A stretch of DNA of 64,000 bases. Origin: Camelus ferus (taxonomy: Eukaryota). Below are positions 12,689 through 26,343 of the stretch, piece after piece (within the stretch, counting starts at the first letter, position 1; the number at the start of each line of letters is the position of its first letter). The notes below the pieces were generated by a model, which was given only the letters and a program-made list of their open reading frames with translations, had not been told where the DNA came from and did no database searches. Location: positions 121,708,001-121,772,000 of the forward strand of contig NC_045696.1 in NCBI RefSeq assembly GCF_009834535.1, given 5' to 3'. The position numbers were made by a program, and so were the translations under genes.

Positions 12689-13734
12689 ATACTACCATTA
12701 ACTGAGTAATAAGATGCACTAGCCTTTTACACTGTTTCGATAGTTCTGGGGAGAACAAAAAAGGAGAATTGAAATCAGAGGTTTCATAACCTCTTATGGT
12801 TATGGTTTCATAACCATAAGAGAAGAAAGAGATGCTTGTTTCATGAATTCCTGGGACATGCACTGTATTCTAGATGGATTAAAACTTTTCTAAATGAGTT
12901 AGATTTATTTCAGTTTGTGAAAAATATTCAAGGTCTGCAGATGAGAAAACACATTAACCTGTCAGCTCTTTTCAAGTTAATCTATAAATGCAACATAAAA
13001 CCAATTAAAATTCCAATGAGAATTGTGGCCACCAGGCTTTACATTTCTCTCCCTCTCCAAGCAAAAATGATGAATAGATTTTCATCTGCCTCATTCACTG
13101 CTTTGTGACTAGTGTCTAGAATAAGAAAACACACGCCAAAATAAGCATCTTTGTGCAGAAACAAGGGGATGCAGGAAGCAGGTCTATAGCCACTGGCTGC
13201 CATCTTCTGGTCCTGAATTACATACAGCAGCTAGGAACTGGGCCCCTGAGAGGTGGTGGGAACTAAAAGCACTCATACATGGGTGGAGAGGGACCAAAAG
13301 CAAGCTCAGTGAGTGGTACCTGGTCTCCAGCCCTGCCTCTCCTGGAAGGAGGCTAGGGATGCTGCCTGGAGCTCAGGCTACCTCCAAGATGCTCATCTTC
13401 CTGGCCAGGTCCTGGTGCAAGACCAGGACTAGGGCCCGCCCGCAGTGACCAGAAAAGGGAACCCCGAACTGTCCATATTAAGACCTGGCCCTGGACCACG
13501 GGATAAGAAGCAGAAGGAGCAACAAACTGAAACACAGAAGGGGAAAGATAGAAAAAGACAGACTGACAGCAAAAGCACATAAACTCACCTGCAAGGTGAG
13601 CCAGCAAAATCTAAAAGCCGTGGAAAAAATCAAAGAAGAAGAAAGTGCAAACAAACAAAAACAATTAAGAGATGAATAACCTCCCTCCTAATTCATCTGG
13701 ATGAATAAATCTAAAAAAAAAAAAAAAACAAAAA

Positions 13735-14056
13735 AAACCCCCAATGAACTCATCTACAAACCAGAAACAGGCTCACAGACACAGTAAACAATCTAATGGT
13801 TACCGGGGAGAGTGGGTGGCAAGGAATAAATCTGGGAGTTTGAGATTTGCAAATATTAACTACTATATATAAAAATAGATTAAAAAAAACAAATTTCTTC
13901 TGTATAGCACAGGGAACCATATTCAGTATCTTATAATAATCTTTAGTGAAAAAGAATATGAAAACAAATATATGTATATATATGCATGACTGGGACATGA
14001 GGCTGTACATCAGAAATTGACATTGTAACTGACTATACTTCAATTAAAAAAAAAAG
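13735..14056 (+). mobile_element. L1 3' end fragment
   Basis: Cetartiodactyl-type L1 3' UTR (tgtatagcacagggaac...cagaaattgacattgtaactgactatacttcaat) with an A tail. Confidence 0.75.
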
Positions 14057-16128
14057 ATGTGGGAGGACTCTAGAAAGAAAAGTGCAACGCAACTGAATGA
14101 TGTTTTTAAAGTGACCTGTATAAAGTTAAGCTTAAATTAAGGATAAGGCAGACAACAATATTCAAATATTGTGACATTTTTATGCAGGTTGGCAAAATGA
14201 TTCCAGAAATAGTACTTAATAAAGGCCCAGAATAGTCCAAACAATTCTGAAAATGAAGAGCTGGAAAGACTGAAGGTTTTGGAAACCACTAGGATGCACC
14301 CCGAAGGAAGAGGAGTTAAGATGGTCCAGTCTATCTGAGAGCTCCGTGTGCAACAGAAGTGTTCCCAACTGATGGGTGAAAGATAATTTGTTGAGAAACC
14401 AGCACTAGGCAAACTGGAATTCTGGACAGAAAAAGAAAACTGTATTTGTACTACACAATATATTCAAATATGAATTCCACATAAATTAAAGACATGAATG
14501 TAGAAAATAAGCCTTTGAAGAGAAAATATGAAGAATAGTTCTGTCTCCTTAGAAAAAGAAGAATTTGCAAGAATTCGAAAAGCAAGAAATACGAAAGGGA
14601 AAAATGATCAACTGGTTCTATCAAAACTGAGAACTTCTCTACGTACACTTTTAAAACAAAGTTAAAACACAGGGTACCGCTGAAAGATAATACTTAACAC
14701 ACACAAAGGATTTGTTGCCAGTTCAATGTATTAAAAACCCGTACATAATGAGTGACAAAAAGACAACCTTATAGGAAAAGGACAGTGGATGTGGCAGACA
14801 ATTGGCAAAAGAAATCCTGGGCAGCAAATAAACGTGGAGAAGGCACTCGATGTAATCAAGTTCATGAGTGATTAAGGGAGCACAGATGAATTTAACAATG
14901 CGATCGCATGCCCACCAGACTCGCAAAAAATTTAACCTTTTAATAAGTATTGTTGAAGAGGATTTTGCAATGTACATACACAGCAGATAACAGATCAAAT
15001 TAAATCTATGCACACAGATATGTATGTCTGTTTAAACTAGTAGGAGGCATAAATATTAACACTGGACTTTAGGATTACAGGAAAGTTTTTCGTCTTCTTG
15101 GCACCAGGCACATCAGAGATGGACAATTAGTATTTGTCGATGCAGAACTTTGGCTAATTAATGAGTAATTATGATTTTTTTGAACAACTCTTTCCAATGA
15201 CTATATTGGCACCAATATACGATAATCCCAAGCAAATCATTTCCAAGTCTATTTCAGAATAGCTCTAAGATCTGCAGTAGAGAGACTGAACTCAAATACA
15301 GTGCTGAGAACTCGATGGCTGTTTCTACAATGACCTTTAGAGAGCAGACAGCAGGCATGGAGCGTTCTCTGTTTCAGTTCAACAACAGACTCTGGAAATC
15401 TGTTATCAAGTTACCGTGAATTCACTCAGTAGGACAAAGAGAAAAGATGTAATGCCGGATGTGTGACCGAAACATGATGTTGTACACCAGAAACTGACAA
15501 GACACTGTAAACCGACATAACACTGTAAACTGACTTTACTTCAATTTAAAAAAGAAAGAAAAAAAAAAATGCCAGGAACTTCTCATAGCATACTGAAAAT
15601 AAGAAAAGTGGGATATAGGATGGAATATAGGAACAAATAAAGTATTGGGACTCACATGGGTGGCTTGTGGAGGAGGAGCTGGAGAATTACTGTACCACCC
15701 AAAAGTCAGGTCCGGGTGGCCAGACAAATGAAAGCACCCAGCCCCTCCCGGCACCTCCACATTAGCGAGGGGACCTGACGCTCCACCCCATGGCAAAAAG
15801 CAGGAATAACCAGCCCCAGCCGCTTCCTGCTCACCTGAGCTACCCAAGGCAGGGAGCAGCTGGACACCTAAAACCCACCTGGTGCCTCTGAAAGGGGTCA
15901 GCCCTTGGCTGCTTCTTGCCAACACCTCCTCAACCCTTTGGCCAGAAACACCAAGTTCATTTCATTCGCATCTGGAGGCTCTTTTCCCCCTTCCGAGGAG
16001 TGCTCACCAGAAGGTAAATCTGGAGGACAATGACATCCACAGACTCTGGTGCACAGGATGCTGGGAGGGGATGCTGGGGACCGACAGTTACTCAATAAGC
16101 AGCAAAAATGATTAAATCTGGACTTTAC

Positions 16129-16237
16129 CCATGGGTGTCCTGATGACGGCGTGTCTGGAGGTCAGAGGGATGTCTCCATTCAAGCATTTTGAACGTGGTG
16201 GTCTTCCCAGCTCCGTTCACCCCAGGAGCCCAAAGAA
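16129..16237 (-). pseudogene. ABCA13: ABCA13 pseudo-exon containing NBD2 Walker A
   Basis: FFGLL(G)VNGAGKTTTFKML(x)NGDIPLTSRHAVIRTPM versus recalled [37 protein letters not shown]. Contains 1-nt indels. Splice sites cag| and |gtaaag. Confidence 0.88.
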
Positions 16238-16282
16238 CTGAGAGGGGAAAACAAGGTAAACAATAATAAGCAAAATACATCA

Positions 16283-16720
16283 CATGGAAGCAATCTAAAT
16301 ATTCATCAACAGATGACTGGATAAAGAAGTTGTGGTATATTTATACAATGGAATACTACTCAGCCATAAAAAAGAACGAAATAATGCCATTTGCAGCAAC
16401 ATGGATGGACCTGGAGATAGTCATTCTAAGCGAAGTAAGTCAGAAAGAAAAATACCATATGATATCACTTATCTGTGGAATCTAAACAAACAAAAAAAGA
16501 GACAATTACGAACCCATCTACAGAACAGAAACAGACTCACAGACTTAGTAAACAAACTCATGGTTACCAGGGAAAGGGGGTGGGAAGTGATAAATTTGGG
16601 AGTTTGAGATTTACAAATGTTAGCCACTATATATAAAAATAGACTTTAAAAAAATTTTCTACTGTATAGCACAGGGAACTATGTTCAATACTTTGTAATA
16701 ACCTTTAATGGAAAAAAAAA
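16283..16720 (+). mobile_element. L1 3' fragment (ORF2 end plus 3' UTR)
   Basis: gactggataaagaagttgtggtatatttatacaatggaatactactcagccataaaaaagaa motif, same family as the L1 at 36160. Confidence 0.8.
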
Positions 16721-17884
16721 TAAGATTGTTTACTACGTCTGCGAACCTGTTTCTGCTTTGTAGATCTTACACAGTTATTCATTCCTGGAGGGACAGGGAC
16801 GTATCTGAGCCATCTCTGTCTCTTCTGCGGATTCTTCCATTCCAACTCAGTAATTAAACTGAGATGCTGGGAAAACGTCTAGCAAAGAGAACCCAGATGT
16901 AAATGACATCTTGGATCATTTCAGATACTGGAGCACCTCTCTTACGAAGGTTTCCAAGTTCTTCTCTTACCCTTGAGTCTAAAATTACCATGGAGAGGTA
17001 GCGGCAAAACTAAAGATTATTTTTTTAAAGCGAAGATTAAAAAAATATAGCTCAGTAAGATGGTGAAGTTTGTGTAGCTGGTCTTAAAGTTGGGTAGTAA
17101 ACTATTAAAAAAAAAAATTTCAGCATCTTCTCCCATTTGACCACACACCTCAGTGCTGGATGTAAGGGGGTTCCTGGATTGACTCAGATCAATCTCTTGG
17201 CTTCTCTTCACCTAAGAATACTCAGCTCTGAAATGCCTGTTTGCCACTCACAGCAGAGTGATGATATAACCTACTTTGAATTTCTCAGAAGCTTGGAACA
17301 ATACAACTGCAAGGTACTCTCTTATTTTTAAGTTAATTCAAGGTAATTATTTCCAGAACTATTTTCCTTCACGCATGAAGCACAAGTCAGAAACAATTCA
17401 TACGGCTCCTGTCCATTCAGATTGAATATTTCTACTAGAATTAGTGTCGTATTCATGAAAAAAAGTTCTGAGTTATTATTATAGGGTGTGAGCGTTTTTA
17501 CCTTTGCAGAACAGCATTTCACTAGGTGGGTTGAACTGGCCACTTAAAGAGTACTGATGCCCAAGCAAGAGTTAGATGTGGTTTCCTTCATTAGTTGCAT
17601 TTATAAAATATTTGCACTCAATAGAAAAATCCCCTAGCCCAATCATTGAAACTCCTGAATCACTTACATTAAAAAAAAATTATGAAATGGAATGAACCCC
17701 ATCAACCAGCAAAGTTTTCACTAGGAAAGAGCCGACTGACTCTCTACTCGGATTCTGCAGAAATTTCTGAAATGTGAAGGCTGCTCTTAGCTGATTTTAG
17801 GTATTCTGAGACTACACAAGCAGGTCAACAATTAAGAGGAAGAGGGGTTTGCAGCAGAAAAGTAACAAAGAGCAGCTTTTTTAC

Positions 17885-18077
17885 CTCTCCTCTTCTTACA
17901 CCCAAGCTTATGTCTTGCACAGCGGTGCTTCTCTTGAAAAAGCTTCTGTAACTTTTACTAAGGTTGTACAACATGAGAATGTCTCCATAGGTTCTTCCTT
18001 TCAACACCCTCATTTACTCCTTTCCAACATCTATGTCCTTAGAAAATGTGACTGTGCCCTGAATGGCAGAAGGACGC
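17885..18077 (-). pseudogene. ABCA13: ABCA13 pseudo-exon (193 bp) with in-frame stop
   Basis: [66 protein letters not shown] at 18016-18014. Splice sites cag| and |gtaaaa. Confidence 0.88.
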
Positions 18078-20228
18078 CTGGAGAAGTGAGAGTTAATTCA
18101 CTCCTGGGAAATGGGGCTGGAAGAATCCAGAGAGGGGGCGGCTCAGAGGTCACCCAAACAGAAGATACGGTCTTCCGAGTCTGCAGTATCAGCTGCGGTG
18201 CATGCACCCCAGTTCTGCCATCCTGGTGACTGATAACCACAGAGTCAGTATTCATCCCTTAACGTGAAGGAAATGTGCGTGTGCCTGAAAGCGACGTGGA
18301 TGGACACCAAACTAGAATGACTCTTCAATTTGATGAATAATAAAGTCATGCCAGACTTTCGTGTTGGAGGGACAAATAGTTTATTAGAATAAAAAGAGAT
18401 CAACTCATGTAAGCACTTTTAGCAAACAGTAATGTTATAAAGTAGGTTACACACAAAAGGACCCAAACACTATATAGTCCTATAGCGTATGCTGGATTGT
18501 ATAAAAGGATTGCACGGCAAGCCCTGTGCTCAATGCCTGGCCCAACAGACTTACATGTCTGTTGGACAAATACAAATTTAATTTTCAAGTCTAATTTATT
18601 TACTCTAAATCTGAGCTGCTCACTTTTCAATCTTCCTTGTGTTTTTCATTCCGGTGCATTTGAGCTTTCACATAAATCTCCATTTCTGCAAACTGTAATA
18701 TGCCAATATTTTAATAACTAAATGAGTACAGATCACCGAGAGTGTTGTGCCAACATCAATTTCCTGGCTTTCTCAATGTCATATTGTCATGTAACGTATT
18801 ATTACATTATCATGACATCATTGAGAGAAGCTGGGTGAAGGGGACATAAGAACTCTGTACTTATTTTGCTATTTCTTGTGAGTGAAACTATTTTAAAATA
18901 AAAAGGATTAAAAATAAAATAAAACATCCACTGCCAGAGCCAGGTGCCCCCAGATCTTTCCTTTGTACTATTCTTTTCCATACCTGAAATCACCACTGGA
19001 CAAACAGATGATGTTTTCAACACAACAGAGGTGATGAGAAAATACAGGGAGACCCTCTGGCGTCTATGTTATACCATGTAATCTACATAGTTTCCAAAAG
19101 CATGAGACAGGAACCGACGGGGGCACAAATAAGAAAGGCAGTCCTCCGCGGAGCGGTCATTGACTAGAGCAGGTTGTGAGGGGGCTGCGGAGATGCTGAG
19201 AGTGCTCAGTCTGGAAGAAGGGAGCACAGGTGTGTTCAAGCTGTGGAAAATCATCAAGTTTTACTCATTTCTGCTTGACAGTTACCTTCCCCTTCCCCCG
19301 CTGAGAGTGCACTCCTTGACCCTTCAGCCTGGCCTGCCTTCCAGAGGTCTTTTCTCACTCTACCAGGAAACCATACTCCCTTATTCCTTCCTGTTTCCAG
19401 GACCCACCCCAAGGCACCCACAACAGCAGTTCTGACCCTCTCCTCGTTACACTCTCCTCGGAGACTTACAAATCCTCCCTGGGTCCCACCCCTAGAGCCT
19501 CTGAAATCAGGGTCCCGCACGCTTCTTCACATCTCGAGTTACTCTGATGGGTGAAGGACAATGGGAGGGGTCACTTCTACTGGGCTTGCAATGATCCAAC
19601 ACGCAGTCCATTCACCTGCACTCAGAAATGTGCCCCTTAGTCATCTTCCAGTGGCAACCATAAAAAAATGTCACTGTTCTACAAAGGAAGCAACCTGATG
19701 GGTACTAGCTGTGGCTGAACCTTCCAGAGGGTCAGTACACCTAAGGTCAGAAGGCACATGCGGCCCTGGGCCATGGGACTGCCCAGACCCAGCCGGCATC
19801 TGGGGTACAGAGCACAAAGTCCAGCTCCAGACCAGACAGAGAATAAACAGGGCACCTCCCCAAACCCACCCAACCTCACTGGTATGTGGCCAGAGCTGAG
19901 AGGACAACCAGCAGGGCCGCGGGATGGGAGCAAGTGCAAGAGACGTGAGGGTGGCACCCCAGTGGCCTCTGGGCCTGCACTCCGCTCCACACCAGGAGCA
20001 GACCATGGGCCACTGCTCATGAGGGGATGCATTATTACTAATATAAGTTATCAGCACTGAACTTCCCAACCAACAAAACAAACCAAGAAAACATAAAATC
20101 TGAACTATTAGAGCAGTGTGTAATACTGATCAGACACACGTCTTATCTTGCAACCTCCAGGATGGAGTTTCCCCTCCCTCTTCATCCAGAAGTGGGTACC
20201 ACTCAAGGATGCGCCCTGTGGGATGTAC

Positions 20229-20481
20229 CTAGACCACTGCAGAAGGCCCCAGTGCAGCAGAATCCTCAAGAGGAGCACAACTGTGCCTTGTGAGGCCAGG
20301 TGCACAAAGATCCAGCCCAGAAGTTCATCTCAAAGGGACTCATGTAGGAATCCAAGCTGAAGTTGTGGGTCAAATCATATTTGATCTGACTGTAACAGAG
20401 TTCTATCAATCCTTGGCCCAGGCAGAATTGAGGGAAAATAGTGAACACTCACTTGAAGACATCACAGATATTCTGCAAATT
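20229..20481 (-). pseudogene. ABCA13: ABCA13 pseudo-exon (253 bp) with stop and frameshift
   Basis: [52 protein letters not shown] / [26 protein letters not shown] at 20451-20449 and a 1-nt deletion near 20320. Confidence 0.9.
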
Positions 20482-20689
20482 CTGTGCAGTGAAAGACAGA
20501 GAAATCAAATGAAAAGTGCTTCATAATTCCCATTTCTCCTTGTTGGAACTCCCAATCCCAGCCACTCAAGGATACCTGCAGACAGCCATCAAATCCAAGA
20601 CGAGTATTCTCCAGCCTGAAGCCCTAAGGGTTCAGCCCTGCGCGGTTTTAGACTCCGCTGGGACCCCTCCCCTCTTTCTGTCTTCCAAC

Positions 20690-21275
20690 GTCTTCCTTTT
20701 GGAATGTAAACATCTCACCTATGCCTGTCCTAGCACTGTATTTTGGAAGTGCGTAACTTACCTGGTTTCACAGGTTCACAAGGCGAGGGGAACTCTGCCT
20801 CAAGATGAATGTACCTCGAGTCTCTCCCATCTCTGATGTAGATGATATTTAGATGGAACTTTGGACTAGAACGGGTTTAGACTTTGGGGGCTGCTGGGGT
20901 AGATTAATGTATTTTTCATACGTGAAGGACATAATTTGGGGGGGCCAGGAGGGGAATCTGATAGACTGTTTGCCCCCCGACCCAAATGCACGTGTTGAAG
21001 ACCTAACCCTCAATGTGATGGTATTACGATATGGGGCTTTGGGAGATGACTGGGTTTAGAGGAAGTCTGAGGTACAACCCTTGATGCGATCGGTGTTCTT
21101 ACAGGAAGAGGAAGAGACACCAGAGCATCCTTTCCCTCTGCGGTGCGAGGACACAGCGAGAAGGAACCTGCCAGCACCGTGGTACACCCCAGCCTCCAGA
21201 ACCATGAGAAACATAAGTCTGTTGTTTTGGGCACTCAGTCTATTGCATTGTGTTGGAGCAGCCCGAACTGACTAA
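20690..21275 (+). mobile_element. MaLR/ERVL-type LTR remnants (MLT-like)
   Basis: tgttgaagacctaaccctcaatgtgatggtat ... cagcctccagaaccatgagaaacataagtctgttgttt ... gcagcccgaactgactaaga. Boundaries approximate. Confidence 0.65.
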
Positions 21276-21387
21276 GAACTTGAGTAGCTAATTTCGTGGG
21301 AGGACATGAGTGTCTAAATGAGTGGATAATATTAAAGTTCACATTTTATGGCAAGACAAGAAAATTGCGCGTAAAATAAAATTCGTA

Positions 21388-21811
21388 TGTTATGGCAAGA
21401 CAACAAAAATTGAAACATAAAAAATTCTTCTCTGCCCTCTGACCTCCTCTCCTGGCACTGTGCACCATGTGTCTGCATTCTGCATCGATCGGGACACCTG
21501 GTCAACCATAAAGAGCCACATTCTCCTAGTGCCAACAAGACAAATCCTTAAAAGATAACATTCCTTCTTGACTCTGTTAGGGGTCACATGACCCACCAGG
21601 ATGACGCATAGATCTGGATGATGTAAACTATCAGTAATACATCATTTGATGCACAGCCCTCTGTCTCAAAAAACGTATATGACCGCCTTGATTTGTAATG
21701 GGTGGAACACTTCTCAAAGCTTTCTGAGATGCTCTCCCCAGGTTACAATCCTCAAATCTGGCTCAAATAAAATTTTCCATTTCTTTCTTAGGTCAATCAT
21801 TTTCGTCAACA
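21388..21811 (+). mobile_element. ERV solo LTR
   Basis: tgttatgg start, aataaa at about 21767, ending ...tcgtcaaca. Confidence 0.55.
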
Positions 21812-24136
21812 GCTGTGACTGTGAACATTTCCATAACATGAAAAATAGCTCACACTTAGCATAGAGTAGATATTAAATATACGTAGTTGTCATTAACATT
21901 CAAATTAAATAGTATTACAAGGCCAAGGAGATGGAAAGAGAACAATTAGTATGTAATTGCAGAGAAACCAAAAAGTATGAAGATATTTGAAAAATACAAT
22001 TTGAAATTGAATATATATATATATAAAACGAATCTGCCATAAATTTCATTATTGTTTCTACCACCTGATGTTTTGTGAATCTGGTGTTTTATAATGAAAT
22101 TCAAGTTATTGCTCTGTTAATCACTGTCTACTAGGTGCTTTCTGTGAAGTACTGTATGTTCCCCGCTTTACTGAATTTTACTGCATTTCATTCTCTCAAT
22201 AAATGTACAAGGTACTAAGAAGTAAATTCAGTTACGAATTCGCAAACACAGTTTCAAGTGGCTGATTAATGTGTCCAAACCACACTGTGGGAAGGCCAGG
22301 ACTCAACCCCCACCTGTCGGGTCCAAAGAATAAGGTTTTTCCACCAAGGAACGCAACATTTGGAGAAAATTCACCAAAACGTGGTTTGTTGAACTGACTT
22401 TTAGATACGGTATAGCTAAAGAGTTTAACCCAGAAAGGCTACGTGAACCACAACTAACAAATGATGCTATGCAAGTATCACTGAGAATCAGACTCACATT
22501 TTAGAGCCCTTCTCTCCCTATGTTCAAACTCAGTAATTGGTTCAAACAATAATATTCTATAGGGAAGTCAAATCCTCACCATGTGTACCTAATCACACAC
22601 AGCAGGGTATGTTATATGAAAATTAAAGAATAAAATATTAAAGGTGTCAATTATATATTACACACCCAAAAAGGTCCAGTTTTCCCTTGTAATGCACACT
22701 CACAGGTGTTCACAATTAGTAGTCTCAACTGACGTGACTGGGGACAACAGAAAATTCAATGAAGCCTCTCGGGGCGTGTATTATTATACGATGGTTTACC
22801 GTCTTCCGCGTAGAGACAAGGGAAGAACACAAAAGGTTCATTTAATTTCCCTTCAATTCCTGTCTTGATTGACACTATTTACAGATGTCAACCAGTCCTA
22901 AAGGGGTCTATTAATCCAACTTTTCATAAAACAAAGTCTCTGGATCAAATAATGTCCCACATGAAAGGATTTTTGTCTTACTAGTGGTAAGATGGAAACG
23001 GTAGACTTTTGTAGCTTTTAACTCAGGAAGTGACAATTCAGGAAATAACCATAAGGACTTCAGATCTGAATGTGACGAACCCCCAGGTACCTACCCCGCC
23101 ATGAACAAAGCTGTCCATGATGCATGGACACTGAGTTGACAAGTAATCCACACGTGGAGGCGGGCAGCTACACAAATTCATCGAACAGCAATTCACAAGT
23201 GTCTGACTTACAATACTTAGAGATTGAGTATCCAGAGAAATAAATTACTGAAACTGTGAGTCTCCCTCTCCACTTAAAAGGAAGCCTCACCAGTGGGAGA
23301 GACAGATGCCCCAGCCCTTGAGTTAGAACCCAAAATGTATTTCCTATAGACATTGGCTTATAAATTGTGATGTGGTAAAAACTAAAATGCTCTTATTAAC
23401 ATTATAGGTTGTGTACGCAATGGTCAATACCAGTTGTACTGGCTTTTGGCACTGATCTGACACTCCAGTCACCTTTCTTGGATTCTTCTATTGATGCCAT
23501 GAACGTGTATCAATTGCTCCATTCACTTACAAATGAATATTTGAAACCACCTATTTATAACGTTGAGTTTTTAAAGCAAACAACATCAAAATAAAGAGCA
23601 AAGGAAAAGAAAGTCCTGAGGAACAGCAATAAAATGCCTTTTATTATCTGTTAACAATCGAGCTTGACCCTTTTTTTTGCAAACAACCTATTACCTGCTG
23701 ATTTTCTCTCCAAGTGAGCAACTCTGTTTACAACAGAAGGGAACAATGCCTCCCACCGACCTAAGCATTAGGATCTCACCACACAAAGGTTCCTGGCTAG
23801 ATCCTCTTTGGGTCTGGAAGATCTCTCCTTTTCCATCTGAGATCCTGACCCCTGGAGCAGATCCTGCTGCGAGGTTCTCACGATAAGGTCCATCTACCTT
23901 GAGTCTGGTTTCCTCCCCATCTTAGTTCATGACTGACATCCATGATTTTTTGTTGTTGTTATTAAAGACAGCAGCTGGTTTCAGTTTAATGATGTATAAG
24001 TTAGCTTTGCTATAGTAACAAACATCCCCCAAATCTCAGTGCTTATTACTACACCAAGCACTGATTTCTCATTTGTGTCACCATCAGTGGTGAGGCCAAC
24101 TGCTTCAGCTCTGCCCCATCCATGACATTAGGGACC

Positions 24137-25189
24137 TGCTGGGGACGAGGAAATCTGTGTTCTGCCTCTGCTAACTTCAACGTTCTCCTCAACCTAAAAC
24201 CAACTAATGGTTTTGCGAGTTTTCTATTTAAAGTTTAGACACATTAATCCAGATTAGTGTCAATAGCAGATCTATAAAAATCACCAAAATAAATCGTTCC
24301 TTTTACTGAATGCATAATGGATGTTTACATAACTCACTGCTTCTAAACAAACATGAGGCATAACCACAAAAATTAATAGGAGCCATCAGTGGAGAGCCTA
24401 CCAAGTCTTGGCAAGTCCAGGCGTCAGGAAGCGAGCCCGCCCCACTTACGCAGGCCTCAGTCCCGGACCCCTCTGAGACACGACCAGCAGCACATCCGCC
24501 AGAACTGGGAGGGCTGGGCGTTTCCCACACTGTTTTCTCAGCCTGTGAGTCAATCACACACCGGGACTACTGAGGACCCCACAGGGCCTTCCTGGAAAAG
24601 ACCCCCCTCCATGTCCTCCACCTGCCTCTTGTCTGTAGAAAAACATCAGCCTGCTAGGCCTGCCCTGAGTTCCAAAGAGCACATTTAATCGGAGAAGTGA
24701 GAAAACGCAGAATGGAAAGAAAACAGTCTAGCAAGACAAAATAATATTAGTTTAGCCACTAAACAAAGTCAAGCATCTTTAGTTCCTCCTCAAGGGCTGT
24801 AGCTCAAAGGGCTTTGAGCTGTTTTGCAGACACTGAAACCCCCACCAGGTGGAAGAAGCTTGTGGTGCATGCTGCCCACAAGCACGTGGACCCCAGACCA
24901 GCTGGAACCAGAAGGTTGATGATGTTGACTCCCAGTGACCTCACCACCCACCAGTCAGAGGACTGTCGATGAGCTGATCATGCCCCCAGCGACCCCCTCC
25001 CTCATCCTGTCTTTAAAAGACAATCTTTCCCTGAAAGCCTCCAGGGAGTTCAGGTCTTTTGAGCACTGGCTGCCTGGACTCCTTGCTGGGCACCTGCAAT
25101 AAACTCTGCACTTTCCTTCAACACCACCAGGGGTCAGAAGACTGGCTTCACTGCTCGTGGGCAGTGGACCTGAGTTTGGTTCAGTAACA
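24137..25189 (+). mobile_element. ERV LTR
   Basis: aataaa at about 25098 and U5 end gagtttggttcagtaaca. The 5' boundary is approximate. Confidence 0.6.
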
Positions 25190-25729
25190 TGAGGAATGGG
25201 GGTCTGTACAGTAGGGAGCCAGGAGAGCACAGTGTGCTCAGAGCCAAGAGGAGAAAGTAAAAGAGAAGTTGACATAAACGCAAAGGAGAGGGTGAACTCT
25301 GAGTCTACTCCACAAGCAGCGCAGGGTAGGCTGCGGAAGATGGAAAACGGAAGGTGAGTTGAAGCAGGCAAGACCTAGGCAGGCCTCCCAGGAGGAGATG
25401 GGCGGAAGGAGCCTGGAGGGGACAAGAAGGATGTGTCAGCACAAGTGGATTCCACTTGATCTAGACACCTGCTGGGATAATACCCAAACTGGCCTGCTGA
25501 TGCCAATGGCCTGCTGGAGAGAGGGTTCTCTGAGAAGGGCATCCTCCCCACCAGGAGACACATTCCTTAATTAGGAGACATTTCTCAGGGCAGCCCTTTG
25601 CTCCAACATTTTGAAAGCAGCAAATCCAAATAAGTTCCAGGGGTCAGAGGAGAAAGGGCAGAATCACCCAGATAATCTGGACCTGCTGTGGTCCAACAGT
25701 GTGGTTTGCCACTGTGGCCAATCCCACTT

Positions 25730-25830
25730 TGAAGCATCTGACCCCAAGGACCGATGACCCTGAAGCATCCGACCCCGAGGACCTATGACCCTGGAGCATC
25801 CAACCCCAAAGAGACGAAGATCTGACCCCT
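25730..25830. repeat. ~31-bp tandem repeat, about 3 copies
   Basis: tgaagcatctgaccccaaggaccgatgaccc / tgaagcatccgaccccgaggacctatgaccc / tggagcatccaaccccaa... Confidence 0.75.
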
Positions 25831-26186
25831 CTCCCATGACACCTCGCCAGGACACATTTCACATCCACATCCACTCTTCAACCATCAATCAGTGACTCAT
25901 CCACAAACGCACCCATGGATGCGGCCATGAGCACGCCTCTGGGTCTGGCCTCACGAAGGGAACAGCACCAAATGCTCGTGCTTTGGCTGTGGTCACCAGC
26001 CTGGGGGAGGCTCTTACCATGACACAGACGTTTCTGTTACTTAGAGCCAATTTCTCTTCCTGGAGGTTGAAGGCAGTGGATACTAGCACATTTCATTTAA
26101 TCTCAGTTGGAAAGTAACAGACCAGGCATGAGTCAGCACTCTCTTCTCCCTGCGCCCTGGGGGCGGCAGTACTGAAACTCACTGAC

Positions 26187-26343
26187 CTGGACTTTGGAGG
26201 TGGTGGCCAGCAGCCGGAGCATGACGGTCATCAGCAAGGTGCGGAGGCCAAAGATGAAGTCCAAGGACTTGTAGGAGGTGAAAGCAATGTTGGAACTGGA
26301 GAAGATTCTGGAGATCAGGTACATCCAAGGAAAAGTCGCATAC
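26187..26343 (-). pseudogene. ABCA13: ABCA13 pseudo-exon (157 bp, second TM domain)
   Basis: [52 protein letters not shown] versus recalled [52 protein letters not shown]. Splice sites tttcag| and |gtcagt. Confidence 0.9.

Noticed and set aside
16721..16765. Small inverted L1 3' UTR piece abutting an L1 tail, as a duplication breakpoint
   Set aside because: ABCA13 exons continue in order on both sides, so it is a local L1 rearrangement.
25730..25830. CRISPR-like repeat
   Set aside because: Head-to-tail degenerate minisatellite without spacers, in mammalian intronic DNA.
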